Below, one piece after another: positions 9,205 through 18,544 of a DNA stretch of 61,427 bases; positions within the stretch are counted from its first letter, which is position 1; each line of letters begins with the position of its first letter. The DNA lies in IMG/VR virus record IMGVR_UViG_3300035670_000214, positions 1 to 61,427 of that record, one strand, 5' to 3'. Under the pieces are notes generated by a model. The model was not told the origin of the DNA. It worked only from the letters and a program-made list of their open reading frames with translations, and searched no databases. The translations under genes and the position numbers were made by a program. This DNA comes from a virus (taxonomy: Duplodnaviria; Caudoviricetes).

Positions 9205-10560
9205 ATGGCATTTTCTCCTATTGGAAACCTAGACCTTGGTAAGTATTTACAGATAGTCTTCACTCGTGGAGCAATGGTTCAAGTTAGCAAATCACAGCGT
9301 GAATGGGACATGGTAAGTCGCATGCGTGATGGCAACCCTAACGGTCGCGAGCGTCGCTTCCTTTTCATCAACAGCCTCGGTTACGCAGCTGCTCAGACTT
9401 CTAACCCAGCTTTTACTGGCGCTTTCCCAGCAGCACAGAAGGCTAGCATCGCTGAATACACAGCCCTCTACAAGCAAATCGACGTAACTGTTGAGCTTGA
9501 GTATAACCTCTGGAAGTCGGCTCAATTGACTCCTGAGAAGTACGCGGAGCCTCTCGCAAAAGAGATTGAACTCAAAGCTATCGTTGCTCGTCGTTTGATG
9601 GGTACCCACCTCTTCGGTGACGGAACTGGCGTATACGGTACAGCTGCTTCTGCTTCTGATACTACAGGTGCTGGCGGCTCAGTAACTGTAACCCTTAACC
9701 CAGCTGCACGCGGCCACGTTCGTTGGTTTCAGTACGGTGACCTTTTCCTCTGCGCTAACGCAGATGGTAGCTTGGACAGCCCAACTGTCGTAGGTACCTT
9801 CTACGCATGGAGAGTTAAAAACATCTTGCCTAAAACTAACCAAGTAGTACTCGAAGCCATCAACAGCGCCGGTTCTGTACTTAGCCTTACCGCCTCTAGC
9901 ATTGACGCAACTGACGTATTCTACCGCGTTGGTCAGCAAACTCTTCCAGACCTTTCTTCTGTAGGCGACTACGGTTCTGCTACAGACGTTATGCCAGGAC
10001 TAGCCTCGCTCATCTCTAACGATGGCCGACTTGTTCACGGCATCACAATGTCTGGTGCAGCTGCTGGTACTGTCCTTAACTGGGGCGGCTCAGCTATCGA
10101 CATCGACGCCTTCCAAGAGGGCTTGGATGAAGTTGACATGAGAACTGGTAAGGGCGAATTCAGCTACAAGTTAGCTGTTATGGCTCCTGAAACACGTGCT
10201 GCTCTCATCGCTTCTCGCGAAGATGACCGTCGCTTTAACGTAGTAACGGACGGCCTCCGAGGTGGTAAGGGCTTTGGTTACATGCACGATGAAGATACAG
10301 TAATCTACACTCCATCTGAATTCTGCCCTAAGCAGGAAATCTACGTCCTTCCAGAAGGCAAGCAAGATGGTAACAAGATTATCTCTTACTTCGGAACAGA
10401 CTACGAAGCAGTTAGCGTTTCTGGCGGAAACAGCATGATGCTGAAGCCTTCCTCCAGCGGTGGATTTGAAAAGAATATCGTTAGCTACATGCAAGCTCGC
10501 GGTACTATGGTCTGTCACCGTCCAGCAGCTGTATTGCGCGTAACAAACTTTACTGCCTAA
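9205..10560 (+). CDS. Major capsid protein (HK97-type fold inferred)
   Basis: 451 aa after the scaffold; LFGDGTG and MPGLASLI motifs; strongly biased codons; followed by a hairpin. Confidence 0.85.
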   Translation: MAFSPIGNLDLGKYLQIVFTRGAMVQVSKSQREWDMVSRMRDGNPNGRERRFLFINSLGYAAAQTSNPAFTGAFPAAQKASIAEYTALYKQIDVTVELEYNLWKSAQLTPEKYAEPLAKEIELKAIVARRLMGTHLFGDGTGVYGTAASASDTTGAGGSVTVTLNPAARGHVRWFQYGDLFLCANADGSLDSPTVVGTFYAWRVKNILPKTNQVVLEAINSAGSVLSLTASSIDATDVFYRVGQQTLPDLSSVGDYGSATDVMPGLASLISNDGRLVHGITMSGAAAGTVLNWGGSAIDIDAFQEGLDEVDMRTGKGEFSYKLAVMAPETRAALIASREDDRRFNVVTDGLRGGKGFGYMHDEDTVIYTPSEFCPKQEIYVLPEGKQDGNKIISYFGTDYEAVSVSGGNSMMLKPSSSGGFEKNIVSYMQARGTMVCHRPAAVLRVTNFTA

Positions 10561-10580
10561 TTGAAGCAAGAGTAAAGTTA

Positions 10581-10606
10581 GGATACTCTTCGGAGTATCT
10601 ATTTTA
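10581..10606 (+). terminator. Terminator-like hairpin after MCP
   Basis: GGATACTC-TTCG-GAGTATCT followed by ATTTT. Confidence 0.65.
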
Positions 10607-10732
10607 CAGCTTAATAATTAATACTCGGATAAAAGGGAGTCGGCCAACCCCGCAAGTTCTTTTAAGAACTAGGCCGAAACGTTTTTGGGGTACCGTACAA
10701 CCCCTACCTCACTCTACCCATGAGGACGCGGG
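10607..10732 (+). promoter_or_regulatory. Structured leader A upstream of the first fibre gene
   Basis: CGGCC/GGCCG enclosing AGTTCTT/AAGAACT; GGGG/CCCC; CCTCA/TGAGG; CCCGC can pair with GCGGG next to the ATG. Confidence 0.5.
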
Positions 10733-11872
10733 ATGGCAACCAGATATACCACCAATCTACGTTTGCGCATTGAGGATAACCTCACCGCAGACGCCATATA
10801 CAACCTTCAACGTATAGACGAACTGGGAGCTGTATTCAAGCTCTCGACCAGTAGCACAGTCGAACTATCCTCAGCTGAAGACGTGCTCATCCAACCAAAT
10901 AATCCAGCAGCAGGTGGCTCGGGCGTAGGCGGACTCGTTCGCGTAGGTTCATCGGGTCAACCAGCCGATGACATTAATCTATTCGCTAGTCGTGTCAACT
11001 TCTCCGCTCAGACTGTAGACTTCGGCAACGCAAATCTATTAGGCAACTTCACTATACCATGGGACAGGATTGACGCTAGCGGTGGCGGAAGTGTAGCTAA
11101 CTTTCCAGACTTTGAATCAGCCGTACTAGCCATACCAGCAGTATCAGCTAATACCTCTCACCCAAGCATTATCGGTAACCCACACCAGACTACCGCAGCT
11201 GACGTCGGAGCTTACAGCACGAGTCAAATTGACGCACTACTTGCAGCCAAAGCTAACCTTAGCCTATTAACGACCCACACTAGCGCAAGTACTGGAGTCC
11301 ACGGTATTACTGGTGCGGTTGTAGGTACAACTGATGCTCAGACTCTTAGCAATAAGTACCTAGACGCTGACAGCAACCAAATAGTCAACCTCAAGAATGC
11401 CAGCATAGCTGAGGGTGCTAACATCCACGGTTCTAAGATTAGACCGCTGTTCGGGAATCAACAGGTCCAGACCTCAGCAGGTCTACGCCTAGATGGCGCA
11501 TCCCAATACGTGGTTCTTCTACCGTCTGCTGCCGTCCAAGCTACACCCCTAAGCTTTCGCCTTCCTAGCTCTTATGGCTCGGCAGGCCAGGTGCTTGCCA
11601 CAGATGGCAACGGCAACCTTAGCTGGCAGAATACCGCCGGAGCTGCCATCAGCGAGGAAGTCTACCTCTGGCTTGATACCGATGGGGTACAGAAGACCGT
11701 CATCCATAACTTTAACAGTCAATCCCTCGACATTACCATTAGAGATACTACTGACAATGAATTAATCTACGTACCAGACATTAATTTCCTTGACAATAGT
11801 ACCCTAGTTCTGATAAGCTCTGAACCACCAAGCAATGCGTGGCAAGTAATAATACAAGGAGTAGCTAAATGA
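10733..11872 (+). CDS. Virion fibre or decoration protein 1
   Basis: VVGTTDAQTLSNK and GQVLATDGNGNLSW fibre motifs; C-terminal HNFN beta-domain. Confidence 0.7.
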   Translation: MATRYTTNLRLRIEDNLTADAIYNLQRIDELGAVFKLSTSSTVELSSAEDVLIQPNNPAAGGSGVGGLVRVGSSGQPADDINLFASRVNFSAQTVDFGNANLLGNFTIPWDRIDASGGGSVANFPDFESAVLAIPAVSANTSHPSIIGNPHQTTAADVGAYSTSQIDALLAAKANLSLLTTHTSASTGVHGITGAVVGTTDAQTLSNKYLDADSNQIVNLKNASIAEGANIHGSKIRPLFGNQQVQTSAGLRLDGASQYVVLLPSAAVQATPLSFRLPSSYGSAGQVLATDGNGNLSWQNTAGAAISEEVYLWLDTDGVQKTVIHNFNSQSLDITIRDTTDNELIYVPDINFLDNSTLVLISSEPPSNAWQVIIQGVAK

Positions 11873-13659
11873 AAATTTTCGGTAGTATCAGTAGGTTGGT
11901 GAGTATCATCTTCCGCAAAGACGGTCAAGATGTTACTTTCCGCCCAAATCAGTCAACCACTTACACAGCAGCCCGTGACATCCAGTTGCCAGTTGGCGAC
12001 GCTGACCATGAATTGGTTGGCAAGGCCGCTAGTCAGACGCTCACTAACAAGTCAATGTCTGGCGATGACAACACATTCTCAAACATTGGGATTAGCTCCC
12101 TTAAGACTGCTCTGTCTGACGCAGACAAGTTGCTACTTCGTGACGTATCCGGCGCAGTAGTATCTGCTAAGTTGGAAGACAAGCACGTTGCCGCTGGTGC
12201 AGCCATTGCCCTCAGCAAATTGGCAGCCCTCACAGCTAGCAAGGTACTTGTATCTGATGGCTCAGGCGTCATCAGCGCATCTAGCGTAACTAGCACTGAA
12301 CTCGGCTACCTCTCTGGTGTAACCTCTGGTATCCAAAGCCAATTGGACGCACTCTCTGCTTCTAGCTCTGGCGCTCTTTCAGACGCTATCGACGACATCC
12401 AAGCTGATATTGCGGCCCTCACCACTGACGACATCGAAGAGGGTTCTTCAAACCTGTACTTCACCGACGCTCGCGCTCAGGCAGCAGCTGTCGTTGACAC
12501 TGGCTACGCTGGAACCGAAACTAACAAGGCTCCTTCTGTCCGTGCAGTTGTTGCAGCTATCCAAGACGTAACTGACGCTATCGACAGCCTCCAATCTAGC
12601 CTGGAAGCTGCTGACGACGCTTTGGCCGCTGACATTGCTTCTGAGGCTTCTGCTCGTGCAGCTGCCGACAGTTCGCTTCAGACTGCCATCGACAATGAAG
12701 TGTCTGCTCGCCAATCTGCAGTTTCCAGCGAAGCTAGCACACGAGCCGCCGCTGACCTTTCTCTCCAAGCTGAAATTGACGCTGAAGAGATTGCACGTGC
12801 TGCAGCCGATGACGCTCTCGACGCTCGTTTGGACGTATTGGAAGGCGCAGACACAGTAGCTGGTTCAGTAGCCAAAGCGCTCAAAGATGCTAATGCTTAT
12901 ACTGATACTGAAATCTCTGCTCTTGAATCCTCAGTCAATAGTTCAGTTTCTGCCCTTGAATCTGCAGACGATGCAATTGAAGCTCGCCTCGACATCCTCG
13001 AAGGTTCAGCTGCAACTGTTGGTAGTGTTGCTAAAGCCGAAGCTGACGCTAAAGCTTACGCTGACCAAAAGATTGCTGACCTTATCGACGGCGCTCCTGC
13101 CCTCCTCGATACACTTAATGAATTGGCTGCTGCTATTGGCGACGACGAGAACTTCGTCACCACTATCACTACCAGCATCAGCAATGAAGCCTCGGCTAGA
13201 GCTAGTGCGGATACCACGCTCCAGAACAACATCAACGCCCTCGAGACTGCTCTCGAAGCCGCTGACTCTGACCTCCAGGACGCTATCGACGCTGAACAAG
13301 CTCGTGCCGAAGCTGCCGAAGCTACTCTCCAGTCGAACATCGACCTCAAGCTAAATAAGCCTAGCTCAGGTGACGCAGCGGATAAATACCTCCGTAGCAA
13401 TGGCGACGGTAGCACCTACTGGGACGTAGGCTACATTCTTCCAGTCTACAAAACTAACTGGGTTGCAGCCGCTGGTACAAGCAAGACTGTCTCCCACAAC
13501 CTCGGTTCAACGGACGTGGTCGTCAGTCTGGTGGACCTGAGCGATAACCAGGTTATCGGCGTAGATAGCATCGTCGTAACGGACAGCAACACAGTAACAC
13601 TCTCCTCCTCGGAGGCTCCTTCGGCTTCCGGCTGGAGAGTTATCGTTCAGAAAATCTAA
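11869..13659 (+). CDS. Coiled-coil fibre protein 2
   Basis: ExxARxxAD repeats; TTDDIEEGSSNLYFT; APALLDTLNELAAAIGDDENF; C-terminal HNLG domain. Confidence 0.8.
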   Translation: MKIFGSISRLVSIIFRKDGQDVTFRPNQSTTYTAARDIQLPVGDADHELVGKAASQTLTNKSMSGDDNTFSNIGISSLKTALSDADKLLLRDVSGAVVSAKLEDKHVAAGAAIALSKLAALTASKVLVSDGSGVISASSVTSTELGYLSGVTSGIQSQLDALSASSSGALSDAIDDIQADIAALTTDDIEEGSSNLYFTDARAQAAAVVDTGYAGTETNKAPSVRAVVAAIQDVTDAIDSLQSSLEAADDALAADIASEASARAAADSSLQTAIDNEVSARQSAVSSEASTRAAADLSLQAEIDAEEIARAAADDALDARLDVLEGADTVAGSVAKALKDANAYTDTEISALESSVNSSVSALESADDAIEARLDILEGSAATVGSVAKAEADAKAYADQKIADLIDGAPALLDTLNELAAAIGDDENFVTTITTSISNEASARASADTTLQNNINALETALEAADSDLQDAIDAEQARAEAAEATLQSNIDLKLNKPSSGDAADKYLRSNGDGSTYWDVGYILPVYKTNWVAAAGTSKTVSHNLGSTDVVVSLVDLSDNQVIGVDSIVVTDSNTVTLSSSEAPSASGWRVIVQKI

Positions 13660-14002
13660 CTTTGGCTAATAGGAGCTGGACGTTAGATTAAGTTACCTTC
13701 GGTAACCAATCTAATGTCGGCCCCTTCGCCTTATAACGAGGGCCAGGGTTGGCCCCCGCTTCCCAAGTATAGGATGTACTTGGCTGACGACATTTAGACG
13801 GGTCAGATGATATTAAAAAAATATCGTGGTGACACTTTAGATGTCAACTTGTAACTTTACTTTTCAGGTAGGAAGAGCTAAAGTTATTCACGCATCCTAC
13901 CGAAGAGTCCTTCAGACTCTAAGTTACGTGATGGGTATCACTTAACCGGTCGGATGAGCATAACATCGGGGCGACACCCCGCCAATAAGGAGAAGCTAAA
14001 GT
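13660..14002 (+). ncRNA. Large structured RNA or cis-regulatory leader B (family not recognised)
   Basis: 343 nt without an ORF, almost tiled by 10 or more hairpins, with alternative anti-RBS pairing. Confidence 0.65.
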
Positions 14003-17000
14003 ATGAAGATTTTTGGTAGTATCAGTGAATTGGTTGACTTAGCCTTTAGACTCGCTGGCGGGAAGCAAGTGAAGCTTCGCTCCGCTACCCAGACCACCGC
14101 AGGTAGCACAGTAACAGTAAACGTCCCGGACGTAGCAGCTACCGGTGACACGCAGAACATGATATTGACGAATGCTACTCAGACCTTAACTAATAAGACG
14201 CTGACTAGCCCAGTAGTTAGCGGTGGTACCATCAACAACTCCATCATCGGCGGGTCTACCCCAGCAGCTGGTACCTTCACTGACATCGTAGGTTCTACGC
14301 TCGATATCAATACTTCCGCCGAGTTACAGACACTTACTATTCCTAGCTTATCAACAGCTGGTGTATTGCACAATAACTCCTCAGGCGCAGTAAGTTCTTC
14401 CCTTGTCGTTAACGCCGACGTAGATGCTGCAGCAGCTATCGCATTTAGCAAATTGGCTACCCTCGCTTCCGGAAATATCCTCGTAGGCTCTAATACAGGC
14501 GTAGCTACCTCTCGTGCAGTCACTGGTGATGTAACCATCAGCGACCTTGGTGTTACCGCCATTGGCGCTAGCAAGGTCACCGATAGCATGCTAGCTGGTA
14601 ACATAGCTAGAACTAAGCTGGCTACTGGTAACAACTACCGCATACTTGCTAACGATTCCTCAGGTGCAGTGTCTGAGAACGCTGCTTTGACAGCTAACGA
14701 AGCAGTAGCTACCGATGCAAATGGCCAACTGGTATCAGTAACCGGCGTATCCGCTACTGAACTGGGTTACTTATCTGGCGTAACATCCGACGTCCAAACA
14801 CAAATAGATAGTAAGCAAGCAGCTGATGCTACCCTTACTGCTATTGCTGGTGTAACCACTGCCGCCGATAAGTATATCTACTTCGATGGTGTAGATAGCG
14901 CACAAGCAGCTACTATCACCTCATTTGCTCGCGGCCTTTTGGACGATACTAGTGCTACTATAGCCCAGAATACCCTGGGTTTGGGCTCTATGTCCACCCA
15001 GGCTGCCACCAGTGTTAATATTACCGGCGGCACCATACAGACAACTAACCTTCAGAATAACACCCTGAACGGCCATAAACTCGGTTCTGGTTCTGCAAGC
15101 ATTGCTAGCTCTACTCTAACTCCAGCATCTAATAAGTCACTTCAACTTATCGCTTCAGCAGCCAACTTCGGCATGATAGCCAGTCCAAGTGACGGACAGG
15201 AATATGTCCTCGTCAATGAATCTGCATCTGACATTACTATACAGAATCTTACAGGCGCTACTGCAGCTAACCAAATTTATACTGGTACTGGAGCAGATTT
15301 TACCTTTAAGGCTAAATCAGCCGTATCAGTAGTCTACGACGGTACACTTAGCAAGTGGATGTTGACTGGCGGCGGCGGTGGAGCTGGTGGACTTGCTACC
15401 ACCTACGTTACAGCTGGCGGCATCACTGCAGTCAAGAATACTCACTACCTTACGAATCTGGCTGCATCGGGCCAGACCATTACTCTCCCAGCTGGTGTTG
15501 ATGGCGACGTCATCCGCTTCTCTGACGCAGGTGAAGTCTGGGATGTATACCCACTTACCATCGCCCCAGCAAGTGGCGAGAAGATTGATAAGCTTGCGAT
15601 AGATGAGACGCTCGTATGTGACGTCAAGCGCGGCTGGGTTGAGCTCTCCTACAACAGCACCTTCGGCGGCTGGGCTTTCATGTCTCTGGCTTCCAGCTCT
15701 GGCAGTGCCTCTGGCTCTGGCGAGATTAATGCTGTGCTTAACGCCTCGGCAGCAGCTGACACTACTGGCTGGACGAATGCTACACGCGTAAGCTCTGGCT
15801 CACCTTTGGACCCAGTTGTCACTACAGCCCTCAGCATTTCAAATGTGGCAGCTTCCGAAGGCCCTACCTCAGGTGGCTACTACTCTATCGCAACAATGCC
15901 AGCTTCATTACGAAGCAGAAAACTTAAACTAGAATTCTACTATTCCACACCGGCTACAGATGTGTACAAGGTGTCGGTTTATGCCGGTTCAACCAGACTG
16001 TCCCTCAGCAGTGACAACTCAGGAGCTACAAGCCTACCAGCCAACGTAACAGGAGGCTTCTTCAGCGCATCCTTCGACGCTACTACAGCTTCGGCTTACA
16101 CACTGAACATCACCCGTACCTCCGGTACTACTGGCGCAATCACGGTTACGAATGTTGTCGTAGGCCCAGGCATCGTAGCTCAGGGTGCAGCTATTAGTGA
16201 GTGGCAGAGTTATACGCCTGCAAGTACGCAAGGTTTTGGTAATCCCACTGCTACGGTTTATAGATATAAACGTTCAGGTAGCTCAATAATTGTCTCCGTG
16301 AAATTTACCGCTGGCACGGTTACAACTGACGAAGCACGTATATCCCTCCCGTCCGGGCTCACGAGCGCAACCACAAATGCATTGACTATGGTGGGAGCGT
16401 ATGCAAGGGGTACAGGTACTACAGCATCGGCAAATCAAGTATATATTGAAAACGGTGCGGCTTACTTAACTTTTGGACGGGCAGATGGAACCTTAGCTGG
16501 ATATGCTAAGCGGCAAGGTAGTCAGCTTGTTTCCGCTGGTGAGGATTTTGGTTTTACTACTGCAGAAATCCCCATCGCTGAGTGGGCCGGAAATGGCACA
16601 GTCAATTTGGGACAAGGTGCTAACCTCGAATATGCCTTTAATAGCTCGGCTACCACCACGACGGACACGACGAGTTTTGGCTATGGTCCGACCGGCGCTG
16701 CTTTTGCTGCGTTTGCTCCAGGTGGAACAGCAAGTGTAGATAAACGAGTCAGGTTTCAGTATCCAATACAACAAGATGATGAATTGGTTGTCGAAGTGCA
16801 AGAAGCTGGTACTGGAACTTGGGTGCCCTTAATTTCCCGTTTAGGGGCTTTTTACAGCAACGCTGCAGGTACTACCTACTACGGGACTCAATTGATACGT
16901 GTATCTGGTAGCTCGACTGATGTTGATGTTGCATTCTACGCCGCAGCTCCATCTCAAGGAGCCTGGTCTTCATTAAGTACCTGGAAATGGCGAGTACGCA

Positions 17001-17494
17001 AAGCCAAGGCCAGCGCCCCTGTTGGTTTCGGTCTAGCTACAGCTGACCAAGCTGGTCTGTTACGTGGCTACAGCAACATGTCCAAGATTCGCCTGAATAC
17101 TGGTAATGGCTACGGGTCTACTAACACAGCTATCCGACGGTTCACTAACACAGTAGTTAATACCGGAACAGGTATTACCTACGCTGATAGTGCAACGCTT
17201 GGAGCTACGTTTACTGTCAATGAAGCTGGTATTTATGCAATATCGTATAGTGACGGATTTAATGCTGCAGCTGCTTTTGGGATTAGTTTAAACTCAACTC
17301 AATTAACAACAGCTATCGCAACTATTACAGCAGCAGACCGTTTGTGTATGTCAGTAACATCGGCAGCTGATTACCATTCCAGCGTCAGCGTAACTTTAGC
17401 CCTTTCTGTAGGTGATGTTATTCGCGCACATGCAGGAACTGCGGACAGTACAGCTCCTGTAAGAACGCAATTTACTATCCAACGTATCGGTTAA
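14003..17494 (+). CDS. Long tail fibre / receptor-binding protein 3
   Basis: 1163 aa, Ala/Thr/Ser/Gly-rich; QTLTNKTLTSP, TELGYLSGVTS and DATLTAIAG fibre motifs; C-terminal beta domains. Confidence 0.85.
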   Translation: MKIFGSISELVDLAFRLAGGKQVKLRSATQTTAGSTVTVNVPDVAATGDTQNMILTNATQTLTNKTLTSPVVSGGTINNSIIGGSTPAAGTFTDIVGSTLDINTSAELQTLTIPSLSTAGVLHNNSSGAVSSSLVVNADVDAAAAIAFSKLATLASGNILVGSNTGVATSRAVTGDVTISDLGVTAIGASKVTDSMLAGNIARTKLATGNNYRILANDSSGAVSENAALTANEAVATDANGQLVSVTGVSATELGYLSGVTSDVQTQIDSKQAADATLTAIAGVTTAADKYIYFDGVDSAQAATITSFARGLLDDTSATIAQNTLGLGSMSTQAATSVNITGGTIQTTNLQNNTLNGHKLGSGSASIASSTLTPASNKSLQLIASAANFGMIASPSDGQEYVLVNESASDITIQNLTGATAANQIYTGTGADFTFKAKSAVSVVYDGTLSKWMLTGGGGGAGGLATTYVTAGGITAVKNTHYLTNLAASGQTITLPAGVDGDVIRFSDAGEVWDVYPLTIAPASGEKIDKLAIDETLVCDVKRGWVELSYNSTFGGWAFMSLASSSGSASGSGEINAVLNASAAADTTGWTNATRVSSGSPLDPVVTTALSISNVAASEGPTSGGYYSIATMPASLRSRKLKLEFYYSTPATDVYKVSVYAGSTRLSLSSDNSGATSLPANVTGGFFSASFDATTASAYTLNITRTSGTTGAITVTNVVVGPGIVAQGAAISEWQSYTPASTQGFGNPTATVYRYKRSGSSIIVSVKFTAGTVTTDEARISLPSGLTSATTNALTMVGAYARGTGTTASANQVYIENGAAYLTFGRADGTLAGYAKRQGSQLVSAGEDFGFTTAEIPIAEWAGNGTVNLGQGANLEYAFNSSATTTTDTTSFGYGPTGAAFAAFAPGGTASVDKRVRFQYPIQQDDELVVEVQEAGTGTWVPLISRLGAFYSNAAGTTYYGTQLIRVSGSSTDVDVAFYAAAPSQGAWSSLSTWKWRVRKAKASAPVGFGLATADQAGLLRGYSNMSKIRLNTGNGYGSTNTAIRRFTNTVVNTGTGITYADSATLGATFTVNEAGIYAISYSDGFNAAAAFGISLNSTQLTTAIATITAADRLCMSVTSAADYHSSVSVTLALSVGDVIRAHAGTADSTAPVRTQFTIQRIG

Positions 17495-17665
17495 TCCGGT
17501 CCCGAAGGGGACCATCCCGTTACTTCTAGCGAAGTAACTTCTGACTTGACCTGGCACCTCAGCAGGTTTACAATCTGAGGTGTATTCTTTCTGTTTTAAC
17601 CACTTATGGCTAACCCGTTCCCGACAGGGAACCTGGTGGCCATACAACGAATAAGGAATAAACGC
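17495..17665 (+). promoter_or_regulatory. Structured leader C
   Basis: Hairpins GGTCCC/GGGACC, GTTACTTC/GAAGTAAC, CACCTCAG/CTGAGGTG, GTTCCC/GGGAAC; TATTCTTT can pair with the SD region AAGGAATA. Confidence 0.6.
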
Positions 17666-18544
17666 ATGGCCAACTTGTCTAGTAAAACAGGCACCATTAC
17701 CACGCCTGTCCAGACCCAGATATCACTATCCAACAATGCCACCACGTCAGTTCAAGACATGTCTGCTTACGATTCCCAGGAAGTAACTGGCTTCGTATAC
17801 GTGGATGCAACCAACGACCTCCGCTGCAGCTTTAGCGTAACCGTCGTCAAGAACGGCGCAGGCACTTACGAAGTTGCAGCAGTAGACCAATCTGGTGATA
17901 ACTATTCCTCAGCCCCGCTTCTCACGTTTAGCATGAGTAGCAGCACCCTCCGCGTAACTCTACCGAACGTAACAGGCTTCGCATCCGCCTACATGCGCTA
18001 CCAACTCTCGGCCCCTTACCTCGGGGGTAACTACCCACTGAGTGTATCGGCTAGTCAGGTTTTAGGAAATGCTGCAGGTACAGCACCAACTGCTGGCTAC
18101 ATTGGGGAAATTAAGAAAAGCACAGTGACAACGGCAACAAATATACCGGGTGCAACAGGTACTTTTGCTGACGCAGCAAATATATCTATTACGGCAGGTA
18201 TTTGGTTGGTATATGGAGCAGTCAGTATTGCGAGAAACTCGGCAACATTTAGTTCTACAGACATTGCATGTGGATTTAACACGACATCAGGAAACTCAGC
18301 AGCAGGTCTGAAGGAAGGTATAAATTATATAAACCCAGCAGCTTTAATAACCACAACGTTCACGAGGGTTGATTTGGTTTTGCCTCCAACACTTGTCAGG
18401 TGCGATGGAACCACTATTACTCGTGAAGAAGATAGTGTAGCGTTTGCTTCCGGAACCACTTTGTACCTCAAGCTTTATGTAGCAGCATTTAGTGCGGCAA
18501 CGCCACAATATACTGGAAAATTTGTAGCTATTCGCATAGCTTAA
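17666..18544 (+). CDS. Two-domain fibre or receptor-binding protein 4
   Basis: AAGGA RBS favours ATG 17666 over 17606; GTAPTAGYIGE junction motif, then a beta-rich C-domain ending AIRIA. Confidence 0.75.
   Translation: MANLSSKTGTITTPVQTQISLSNNATTSVQDMSAYDSQEVTGFVYVDATNDLRCSFSVTVVKNGAGTYEVAAVDQSGDNYSSAPLLTFSMSSSTLRVTLPNVTGFASAYMRYQLSAPYLGGNYPLSVSASQVLGNAAGTAPTAGYIGEIKKSTVTTATNIPGATGTFADAANISITAGIWLVYGAVSIARNSATFSSTDIACGFNTTSGNSAAGLKEGINYINPAALITTTFTRVDLVLPPTLVRCDGTTITREEDSVAFASGTTLYLKLYVAAFSAATPQYTGKFVAIRIA

Noticed and set aside
13660-14002. tRNA, tmRNA or a known riboswitch (cobalamin, c-di-GMP)
   Set aside because: No T-loop or cloverleaf and no aptamer consensus recognised by eye; an Rfam search is still needed
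17606-17665. 20-aa N-terminal extension of fibre 4 as the main start
   Set aside because: No RBS at 17606, the segment folds as a hairpin, and ATG 17666 has AAGGA; kept only as a possible decoy or isoform
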